Source: Chiloscyllium plagiosum (Eukaryota). Taken from it: DNA of 64,000 bases. The position numbers and the translations under genes were made by a program. Below the pieces are notes generated by a model that ran no database searches, was not told the DNA's origin, and saw nothing but the letters and a program-made list of their open reading frames with translations. Positions 51,344-62,305 of this stretch are shown piece after piece (the stretch's first letter is position 1; every line of letters starts with the position of its first letter). The stretch spans positions 54,343,378 to 54,407,377 of the forward strand of contig NC_057728.1 in assembly GCF_004010195.1 (NCBI RefSeq), written 5' to 3'.

Positions 51344-53326
51344 GTAGGCAAAGTCTCCCAACGTCACATAAAAATTTTCACCCTTTCTGATTTTGTTTTG
51401 TTTTGAAGGCTTTATTTCAGGAAAGGCAGATAGTTCTCATGTTGAATTCAGTCATCACCAAGTGAACAAGCCTGTGCAGCAAGATTGTGGGGAGGGCTAT
51501 TTAAACCCTATGGCAGAAGGATCAGGAATGAGCTAAAATGAAAGAGACTGCAGATTAAGTCAATGGTCTAAGTGTCAGTTTGGACACACTCCTTCACTAA
51601 GAGTGAAGTGAACTGAGGACGGATTTCTTTTTCTCTGAAAGTATAACATTGCCCAAGTTTCAGGGTCCATTAAAAAATGAGCTTTTCCCTTTCAATTCAG
51701 CTATTAAGTTACATTTACCACATAAGACTTGAGGCTGTGTCAATGTGTATATTCAAGACTGAGATAACAGATATTTAGAATCCATAACAGATTTGAGGGT
51801 GTGGGAACGGGGGGGGGGGGGGGGGGGGAGCAGACAAGTGGAGTTGAGGATTATCCAATCAGCCATGACATCATTGAATGGTCTCTTATGTCTTCTAGCC
51901 TTGTTTCAAGGTCCTGGTCATTATGTGATAGTGCTAATGGCACTGGACTTGTCTTCCACAAGCTCAGCCCTTGTGCTGTGGGTGAAATTTTAACTCAAAT
52001 TACTTAATAATTCTGTGCTTGAAAACTAACTTCGCTGAAGGAGGCCATAAAAATATCATCAGTTGTCCTAAATTTCCACCCTGATCGCTAATCTTTAGGG
52101 AAGGAAATCTGCCATCTTGTCCCAGTCTGATGACTCCCAAAGACCTGCTCCCACAGCGGTGTGGTTTGGATTTTTAACTGCTCTCTGAGGTGCCCTAGCA
52201 AGCCACTGCATTGTAGCGATCAGGGACGGGCAACAAATTCTGGCTTTGGCAGCAATGTCTAAATCCCTTAAAATAATCTTTACAAACATCATTTGCAAAG
52301 AAAAGGGACATCAGGAAACCTTGTAACGGATTTTGTGAAGGGTGCAGCACATCCGTTTGTGTTGGTACTGAAAGCTTTAAATGTTCCCAGCCCAGCTCCT
52401 TGCTTTCTGGGAGTCTGTGTTTGTTTCCTTTCGAGTGACGCCGTTTAAATATTGGGCTTTTATGTTAAATTGAACGCTGGTGGAAAGGTTTCCAGTCTGA
52501 GAAATTAAAACAGGTTTTAAAAGAATCCCCAGCAGGTTTATGTACAGACTTCTGGGTTTAACCAGAACTAATGCAATTACAATCCTTGAGACACGGTCTG
52601 CAGTCTGGAGCTGATTTGAGCCGGGGCGGAAGGAATTTCGGCTGGGAGCCACAGAGAAGCTAATCTAAAGGCATTGTAATGCATTTCCTCCTACAAAGGA
52701 AAGCATTTTCAGGCAATGTTGACATCCTGTTCCTGTTAATGGGCCTTGTCCCCTGTGACTTTCCTCTTGCTTTTGAAACGCCTGAATGCTCCTATTGTGA
52801 AGGGAAGCACAACAGTTGGGAGAATAATTTAATAGACTTCACAGCCTGTAATTCTCTACATAGGAGACATTCACTATATCGTGCAAAATTTCTATTGAAA
52901 CATTCATACAACAGACATCAATCCAGAGATGAATGCACTCCTCTGTCAGCACTGACCACATACAGACACAGCAGGCTTCCCAGTTACACAAAAGTTGCAG
53001 GGTAACCTTTTACAGGCCTCCCAGCATTTACAAAACATTCCTTAAAAAGTCGAACCTCCAGTTTTCTGCAAATCAGTTTTCTTTCCCCTGCCCTACCCAG
53101 TACTCTGCAAATCAGTTTTATTGCCCCCGCAGACACCCTACGTTCACAAGTGTAATTGGGAGAATTACTGGAGACCCCATGAATATAAGAGGAAGAGCAG
53201 ATTTATTCAGGGCTGGGGGGGGAATGCAAATGAGGCAGAGTTTTGTGTCAAACAGAAAAATGTGTCACTAACTAACTTTGTTTCTCTGCAATTGACCATT
53301 TCTATTTTCATTTGAATATTTTCCAG

Positions 53327-53637
53327 ACGAGGCCCGTAATCAGAGCTGTGGGGTACTGGTGCACTGTTTGGCTGGGATCAGTCGATCAGTCACAGTAACT
53401 GTGGCCTACCTGATGCAGAAGTTGAACCTGTCCATGAATGATGCCTACGACATTGTGAAGATGAAGAAGTCGAACATCTCCCCCAACTTCAACTTCATGG
53501 GGCAGCTGCTGGACTTTGAGCGGACCCTGGGCCTCAGCAGCCCCTGTGATAACCGGCTGCCCTCACAGCCTCTCTACTTCACCACCACACCCACAAACCA
53601 GAATATGTTCCAACTCGACCCACTCCAGTCCACTTGA
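53327..53637 (+). CDS. DUSP6: DUSP6 coding exon 3: catalytic HCX5R motif and stop codon
   Basis: Acceptor ttccag|AC. Encodes [70 protein letters not shown]...LQST*. The spliced CDS is 400+435+311=1146 nt (381 aa). [13 protein letters not shown] and the LQST terminus favour DUSP6 over DUSP7/9. Confidence 0.97.
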
Positions 53638-54820
53638 CTGCTCAACCCAGCACCCAGTGAGTAAAGGCTCAGAAGAATTTTAAAGGTCAAATCACTGACA
53701 TGTAAAGGGGCTCGAGATGGGTATGAAAAAGAAGCAGCTGATTTCACTGAAGGCAACTTGACTCTTTTGTTCAAGCAGCTGTTTTGAAGTGGGGAGACCC
53801 TGACCCTTTGACTTTGAGACCACTGATGGTTCACAAAGTTAGTTGGAAAAGTACAGTGGCTGAAAGCTTCACAGTCTGAAGAGGGGACAAAGAGAGAAGT
53901 CAGGCGAAATACTTGCACTCTCTTGAATAATCCCCTTTTTTTGTTGAGTACTGTTGGTAGCCAGACATTTGTCTTCAGTGAAGACTTTGTTTTTTCCAGC
54001 TTGTTAGGAGAGTGGGGGAGAAAAAAAGATGTTTTGAGAGTTCTGGAATTGGCCACAATTATATTTCTGTACTCCAGATTCAACAGAGTACTTTACAGCA
54101 TGATTTCTGTATATATTGTCTGTGTACAGGTCCAGTGTCACAAATTGTACATCAACCAAGATTGTATTATTTGGGTGGATTGCTGTAAGGAAAGTAGCTT
54201 CCTGTAGGTACTTGAGATTGAATTCAGTGCATCTCCTTCCTCGCAAATGCTAATGACAGGAAATGTACAATTACTATGTAAATTAATATTGTTTTTAACT
54301 GATCCTTTGGACAGTATATGCCAAAAAAAGGTTGTGTTTGACTTGCTTTGATATGATGCTTTATCTATGTATGAGTGCAATTTGAAGCTAGCTTATCATT
54401 TATGTCCTCTTGTTTCCCTCAATTTTCAGCTGAGCTCCTTGTTCATGTGTATACAGTGCTTGTGATTTCTTGCTAATGGATGAGTAGACTGTTATTTGAA
54501 AACGGGACTGGCAAATTTCTTTGCGTTAATTTTTATAATGGACAATGCGTATCTCATACAGTGCATTACCTCTGTGCAGACTCTTCAGGGAAGTTAATCA
54601 TGAATGCAATAGTTTTTTTTCTATAAGTCTGTATTTAAAACTGGAAGCTGAAACTGTATGTATACACTGCACTTGCTGTCACTCAGTAGCCAGTTGAGAA
54701 ATCGTCCCCAATTCATTGTTACCGACAACTTAATGTGGGATGGGGGATTTTATTATAAGAATGATTGATTGATTGTATAAAACTAAGTTATTAATAAATA
54801 ACTATTTTGTCTATATAGAA
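53638..54820 (+). other. DUSP6: DUSP6 3'UTR with polyA signal
   Basis: TE-free AU-rich stretch after TGA; AATAAA at 54793-54798; TGTATATA at 54108-54115; ATTTA at 54398 and 54633. Confidence 0.7.
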
Positions 54821-56772
54821 TCTTACACAAACTTTCAGTCTCACTTGATTATCCTTATTCCAGTGTTAAAATGTTTCTTGATGGGTTTTGTGGTTACAAA
54901 ATAATAGAACCAAGCATTCGAAGCAAACTTGAGAATGACTTTAAATGAAAACACACTAGTAAATGACAACTCGTGTTTATTTCATAAGGTACATCCTGCC
55001 TGCTTAACCACTAGGTTTGAGGAAGTAACAATCAAAAGTACACATTAGAGAGCTCTTATAATGCAGGGCATTTAGACTTCAAGCACAAAAGCCTGTTTCA
55101 AACAAATTTGAGGAAGTGGATCTTTATTTTTAAATGAGGAATTGAAATAAAAAAGGAACTACTGTTAGATGAGTTATGTCAAGCTGGGAAGATACAGCGA
55201 GTGCAGAATGCAGGTCCAGTGTTTTTATGCTGAGGCTCTGCAGTTTTTAATCCGTATCAATGACCTGAGTACAGAATGCAAGTTGCTACGAATTGTAGAC
55301 CTTCATCGGAGGAGTGTAACACAGAAGGAGGCCATTTGATGCACCGAGTTTGCTCTAGCTCTTTCAAAAAGAAATCTCCGCTTGCTCTTTTTCATTGTAG
55401 CCTGCAATTTCTTTTTTGTTGTTTTCTTTCTGCTTCATCTATTTATTCAATTCCTTTTAAAAGGATACTATGGAACCTGTAGCTGGCATCATGTGAAGCA
55501 AATCAATCTGAATCCTAACTACTCAGTAAATTTTTAAAAATTCTTGTCATTTCTTGTTCCTTTACAATCACTTTACATTTGTGCCCTACGATAAGTAAGA
55601 CTTCAGCCATTAGAAATTGTTTTTCCATTGATTTCTCAAATATCTCCTTAAACTTCTTTGCTATGAGGCTCAGAGCTCAGCTTCCCAGTCTCCCCACATA
55701 ACTAATCCCCAATTTAATATATTTCTCTTTTTGTTTTTAAATTACTGTATCCCTAAAGCCTTCACATTCTCCCTAAAGTGAGGTGCTCCAAATTAGACCA
55801 TGGTCCAAAATAGCGACAAACCAGTGCTTCTTAAAAACTAGATATAACTTCCTGGTTTTGTGCCAATGTTTTTAAAGCCCAGAATCTGATATACTTTGCT
55901 AACTTGTCATGCCATCTTCAAAGATTTGTGCACAAATAATATACCAGACTCTGTGTTCTTTCAGCTCCCCACCTTTTATAAAATGCCTCTCCCCCCCCCC
56001 CCATGTAAGCATCAGATAGTTTGATAGATAAACCGAGCAGAAAGTACAAATAAGATTGTAAATATTGGAAGGTAAAATGGAATCTATCCATCTGAGTGGT
56101 GTCAGAACAGATCTGGGTGTGAAAATGGATGCATATGTTCAACCTGTCTGGTCATAAGGTGCAATCAGTGTAACATTTGAGAGTTATTACCGGGTCAATA
56201 CAAGAACGGCCTAAAGCTGCACAGTGTGTTGGCCAATGCACGTCTTTGAACACTGCATTATGTTCTGGACATGAAGGGTCAAACAGAAGTTGCAAATTCT
56301 GGAACTGATGTGGAGCAGGACACAAAGCGAATGGCTACTGTAAGCTGATTTATGAGAAAAGATTTAAAAAAAATTGCTGACTCTTCAAGCCACAGTGAAA
56401 GCAAATTAGGAATACATTAGAGGTGCATAAGATGCTAAGTGAAACAGAGAAGGTTAAACCTTAACACCAACTTAAACGCAAAATGAATCTTTGAAAATCT
56501 ACAGCTCTGAACAAGTTTTTAGTCATCTGTCCTAATATCGGTGTTTGTGTCAAATATCTGATTACACTCTTGTGAAGATCCTTCAGTTTGTTTACCACCG
56601 GTAAAGGTGCAACAGAAATACAAGCTGTTGCCATTAATCCATGACTGCAAGACATAGTTACAAACCAATAAATGGCCATTTCAGGTTCAATGTCAGAACG
56701 CATTTCAAACAAAAATAACCAATACCTGGAATAGATGCAGCAAAACTGGAATCGTTCTGAGGCCATTAGCTA

Positions 56773-57362
56773 GGGTAGCACGGTGGCTCAATGGTTAGCA
56801 CTATTACCTCACGATGCCAGGGACCCGGGTTTGATTCCAGCCTTGGGTGAAGTCTGTGTAGAGTTTGCACGTTCTCCCCATGTCTGTGTGGGTTTCCTCC
56901 AGGTGCTCCGATTTCCTCCCACAATCCAAAGATGTGCAGGTTAGGTGAATTGGTCATGCTAAATTGCCCATTGTGTTCAGGGGTGTGTAGGCTAGGTGCA
57001 TCAGTCAGGGAAAGTGTTTTTTGCTGTTGTATTGCTATAGTCTTACCAGACCATAGCGGCTGCTCTCTCATTAGAGAAAAGTGACTGACAGTGATTTAAC
57101 CTGAGGGCCACCAGACCTCGGGCAAGGGACGAGGTTGAGAAGGAGAGTCCTTCATGGTAACCTCAAACCAGTGATGGGAATTGAACCCATGCTGTTGGTA
57201 TCACACTGCCCTGTAAACCAGCGATCCAGCCAACTGAGCTGAACCAATTCCCTCAGAAAACGTACAGCAATAGGGTAGGAGATGGGTCTGGGTGGGTTAC
57301 TCTTCGGAAGGTTGGTGTGAACTTGTTGGACTCAATGGCCTTTTTCCACACTGTAGGGATTT
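56773..57362 (+). mobile_element. HE1-like SINE interrupted by a second tRNA-SINE (about 57020-57255, - strand)
   Basis: HE1-like 5' half to about 57010 resumes at about 57270. The insert is the reverse complement of the SINE at about 28765-28960. Confidence 0.75.
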
Positions 57363-57519
57363 GATGATGTCCTGAATCCAGAATGTTTATGGAGGATGAG
57401 ATGGATAGGTCAAATAGCTTCCTTCAGTTGTACACTGTGCTCTCTGAGTTTGTACACACAGCAAACCTCCCTGAGCCACTGGAGGGGAAGAATCTAATCA
57501 GTTGTCTGTAAAGTTTGAT

Positions 57520-58135
57520 GGCATTGCCATTGCTCCCTCATCCTGGGGTTATTATTGACCAGAAACTGAACCAAAAGTAGCATAGTGGCTCAGAATTCTC
57601 TTAACGAATAACCTACCTCCTGTCTCCCCAAGTGCCCACTATCTAAATGGCACAAGTCAGAGTATGATAGAATAATATCCGCTCACTGAGATAAGTGCAG
57701 CTCCAATAGCACTTGAGCTTGACACCAAGCCAAAACAGCCCCATTGGTTGGCACCCAATCCAGTGCCATATTGTTTGACCCAATCCACCCCATTCAACAT
57801 TCACTCTGTCACCAATACATAATGGCAGCATTGTGTACCATCTTCACAATGCATTGTAGCAACTCACCAAAGCTCTTTGAAAGCACCTTTTAAAGCTGTT
57901 ACCTCTACCTTGAAGTAGATACATGGGAACACCACGTCCTGCAGGTTACTCTCCAAGCCATTCACCATCCTGACTTGGAAATATATCACCGTCCCTTCAG
58001 GGTCAATATCCTGGACCTCCCTCCCAAACAGCATTGTGGGTCTACCTACAGCACACGGACTGCAGCTGTTTGAGAAGACAGCTCATCGCAACCTCCAAAG
58101 GCAATTAGGGATGAGCAATAATTGTTGGCCTTTTA
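57520..58135 (+). mobile_element. L2-like LINE 3' fragment
   Basis: Decayed ORF-like sequence ending ...gcagctgtttgagaagacagctcatcgcaacctccaaaggcaattagggatgagcaataa, the tail shared with the L2-type SINEs. Confidence 0.55.
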
Positions 58136-59886
58136 AATTGATTTAAATATTAGAATGTAAAAATAAATTATTTTAGCTTTGTATCAGCAAATGACAGCCT
58201 TAATGACAACAATGACTGCCCTGGGCATTTCAGCGGCGTCAACAAAATACAAATTTCTTCATAACAGTCTTATGGAGAGCTCTCATTCCTGATGTGGAGA
58301 AACTGCTCTTTGAGCCTTGTTCTGCAATGCGAAGGTATTTCAAACACTTTGAGAAGAGTTTCATTTGGTGATTTACACATCTTTTTAATGCTCTCCATCA
58401 CATCCATTACACTGAAGTTGAATTCCCTTTTTCTGCTTTGGAAAGAAATCTAGGGGACATCATAGACCCTAAGGTCACTGATTTGTTTACAAAGTCAACA
58501 TTGTAAAGTCAGCCCCTGTTCCCCACATAATTGTTAAGACATCATGTAGGCACACATTTTCTCACAGATGAAAGCAGCAAGTTCAATAGATAGCCACAAT
58601 CCACTCTACCCCATCATATAACGAGTGTAAACAAAGACAGGTCTTAACACTTAAGTATCTGCAACCAATAGATACATTTTCCTCTTTTTAATCAAAAGAG
58701 TGATAATCGAAAGTTAAGATCTTGTTCCATGACAGCTTTGTTGCAATTTTTTAAATTATTTTGAATGGACATCTGCCAGAGACAAATGGTGGGAATTATA
58801 AAAGTATTAAGAGGGTATATTACAAATTGCAGCCTGCTTAGTTTAAGGAAAAAAAACTTCCACAGTAATTGTGTAACAGCTTAGACTTACACTTCAGTGC
58901 AATAAGGGAGTGCCGCATTGTCAGAGGTGCCCTGTTTCAAATGAGGTATTCAACCAAGTCCTCTGTCTATGCAAGTAGGTATACAGCCATTTCAGCACAA
59001 TATTTTCAAGGAGAGGAAATTATCCCATTGTCCTTGCCAAGTTTTATCCTTCAAGTAGCAACACCAAAACAAGTATCCTGCCCATTTATCAATATTGCTG
59101 ATTGTTCAATGTTCCAGAGCACAAAGAAACTATCATGTTTGTCTACATCGTTTGAAAACAAGGAATCCTGAGGATGTAAAAAAGCACCATATAAATGTCA
59201 GTTCTTAAATTTTTGGTTAAAAATAAGTGTCTTGTTAATTAATTTATACATTTATACCTGGAAAGCAGCGATTTCTCCACTTAAAGTTTTGTGCGTGTAC
59301 CCACACAGCATAGAATGCTTCAGAATAGTGGTTCACCACACCTTCTCAAGGATACTTGGGGATGGGAAAGAGATACTGACTTAGCTTGAGACTCTTGAAC
59401 AAACATAAAATGTCTCCTCAAACGAATGTGCTTGTTTATATCCTAGTAGGACGTAATTAAGGAAGAAATTCTTAAGCTTTTCACAAATTTGGCATGTCAC
59501 AAAGTGTTTTTATAACCAACTAAATACTTTGAAGTGTGGTCATTGTTGTGACACCAGAACCTCTGAGCTGCCAACTTCCTGTGCTGGGCCCTTTGTGCAT
59601 TTTGTGGACTTCACCTGACGAAGGAACAACCTCTGAAAGTGCGTGATTTTAAGTAAACCTGTTGGACTATATAACCTGGTATCGTATGACTTCTGACATT
59701 GTCCACCCCAGTCCAACACCAGCACCTCCCCATCAATTTGTGGAGTGGCTCATACAATGTTGCTCACCTCCAAGGACTGTACCTCCACAATCTAAGTGAT
59801 GGATTAATCGCAATAAACTTAGCCAATAAGGACGCTAATGCTAGGCTTCATGGAGTTTCATTGGCTAGATAATATAAAAATACAGG

Positions 59887-60105
59887 TGAAAGTGAGGACT
59901 GCTGATACTGGAGATCAGAGTCAAGATTAGAGTGGTGCTGGAAAAGCACAGCAGGTCAGGCAGCATCCAAGAAGCAGGAAAATCGACGTTTCAGGCAAAA
60001 GCCCTTCATCAGGAATGATGAAGGGCTTTTGCCTGAAACTTTGATTTTCCTGCTCCTCAGTTGCTGCCTGACCTGCTGTGCTTTTCCAGCACCACTCTAA
60101 TCTTG
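59887..60105. mobile_element. PLE family A fold-back (arms about 90 bp)
   Basis: 59921-60011 and 60016-60105 are inverted with a GGAA loop. Degenerate 16-bp TSD at 59871-59886 and 60106-60121. Confidence 0.85.
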
Positions 60106-60993
60106 AATATAAAAGCACAGGCAACACCAGAGCCAATTTACCCACAGTAAACTCCCACAACAGCAAATGTGTTTCTTTCACCGTTGGTTGAGGAAAAAAA
60201 TAAAGGCCTAAGCCATGGAGGCATAACAACAGCTATCACTATGACAACTGAGTTCAAGTAAGTCATTTAATATTTATGCTTTGTAGAGAAAACAAAACGT
60301 GTATCATAATTTGTGAATTGCAACTGCACTCCAGATTATTAAAACCCCATTATTTTCTTCTGATGCCTCTTTTGAAAGAACAAAATCAGAAAGACTGCAC
60401 TAATATAGCATTTTTCACCATCTGAGGAGATCCCAAAGTGCATCCAATTAAGTACTTTTCATGTCCACCCACTATTATAATAAGCAGCCAAATTCTAACC
60501 AGCAAATTCCCATATATGGCAATGTCATAATGACCAGGCATGTTGATTGCAAGATAAATGTTGATCAGGGCATTTATTCTTTGACAGGATATGGAGGTTA
60601 TTTTTGTATATCCCTAATTTCCCTTCAACTGAGTGACTTTCTTAGGCCTTCATTTAGGGCAGTTAGAAGTCAATCATATTTGGGTTTTGTGTCTCGCATT
60701 GACCAGACCAGGCAAGGAAGGCAGATTTCCTTCCAAAAGAGAACCAGATGGGTTTTCAACAATCAATTTGTTTCATGGTCACCATTGCTGAGACTGGTTT
60801 CTAATTCCAGATCTTGTTAATTAATTAAACTGAGACAATGTGCCATGTTGGGATTTGAACCATGTTCCCAGAGGAACAAATTCCGCTTCAAATACAGCGG
60901 AATTACTTCCCTGCTTTTCTTTTAGGTCAATGTTTCCTCTGACAAGGCAGATTCAATTTAACACCAAATCTGAAAGATGGCACCTTCAACGGT

Positions 60994-61126
60994 CATGATT
61001 TAGAGATGCCAGTGTTGGACTGGGGTGGTGGTTGACCACCACCTGACGAAGGAACAGCGCTCCAAAAACTAGTGTGCTTCCAATTAAACCTGTTGGATTA
61101 TAACCTGGTTTTGTGTGATTTTTAAT
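60994..61126. mobile_element. PLE family B fold-back with CTGACGA core at 61043
   Basis: Short inverted 3' end followed by a + strand copy. TSD CTTCAACRGT at 60984-60993 and 61127-61136. A related + strand copy lies at about 59610-59735. Confidence 0.75.
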
Positions 61127-62016
61127 CTTCAACAGTGCACTCCTTACAGCGAACACAATGGCGGTCTTCTGTTGCTGTAGGTAATGTCCTTGCCTCTGAG
61201 CCAGAAGCTCTGGGTTTGAGTCCCACCCCAAGACCAAGTGGTCAAGGAAGGTGCATTTCTAATGTAGTCAATCATTCCTATTGCAGATGATAAAAGAGTG
61301 GGAGAGTCTTCTGGACAGACAGACCTTGACAGGCCAGAACATTCCTAGTGAAGGACACGGACGTCAGTACGTGCTTAGTCTGTCCGTGAGAAGAAGAAAT
61401 GTCAAGTGCAGAAATAGAAAGCTAACTGAAAATATCTAAGTTTAGGTAGAAAAGGATGGATGAAGCTCATCTGGCGCATGAGCCGTTTGGTTTAAGTGCT
61501 CCGTGAATTCTGTGTATTGCATAATCCCATGTAAACCTGAGCTCATCTGAATCGCTGCTGATTGTATCATAACTTGCACCCAAGTTCGAACTTTGGTGAA
61601 CCACATCAAATCCTTTAATCAGGCAATATTTCAATTTTCAAATTCTTCCCCTTGTTTTAAAATTGCTAATGATGGAAGTGTCATCTGCTACCTCAGCCTT
61701 AATTGATGGGAATCCCTTCCTAAATCACTCTGTCTCATTAACTAGCATTCCCCGTTAGGTTTGTAAAGCACATCTTATCTCTGTGACCTTTAGTTACCAG
61801 CCCGAAATTATTTCTTCAACATTCACACATGGGTTGTGGGCATCGCTGGCTAGGCCGGTGCTTATTGCCCAACCTCTACTAGTTCTGGAGAAGGTAATGG
61901 TGAGCCAGCTTCTTAAACTGCTACCATCCTCATAGTATAAGGACATCCAAAGTGTGTTCAGGCAGGAGTTCCAGGATTTTGAGCCTGTGATACATTTCCA
62001 AGTCAGGATAGTAAAT

Positions 62017-62305
62017 AGATTAGATTACCTACAGTGTGAAAACAGGCCCTTTGGCCCAATAAGTCCACACCAACCCTCCAAAGAATAACCCACCCAGACC
62101 CATTTCCATCGAACTAATGTACCTAACACAATGGGCAATTTAGAACAGCCAATTCACCTTACCAGCACATCTTTAGACTGTGGGAGGAAACCAGAAGGAA
62201 ACCCATACAGACACAGGGAGAATGTGCAAACTCCACACAGTCAGCTGAAATTGAACCTGGGTCCCTGGTGCTGTGAGACAGCAGTGTTAACCACTGAGCC
62301 ACCCC
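62017..62305 (-). mobile_element. HE1/V-SINE-like SINE
   Basis: Reverse complement of the 7784 family (tagattagatt tail ... taaccactgagccacc head). Confidence 0.8.

Noticed and set aside
44394..53637. Assignment as DUSP7 or DUSP9
   Set aside because: The N-terminus (PFxSEMA), the [13 protein letters not shown] segment and the LQST end fit DUSP6.
59921..60105. miRNA precursor hairpin
   Set aside because: Explained as a fold-back transposon insertion with a TSD; there is no small-RNA evidence.
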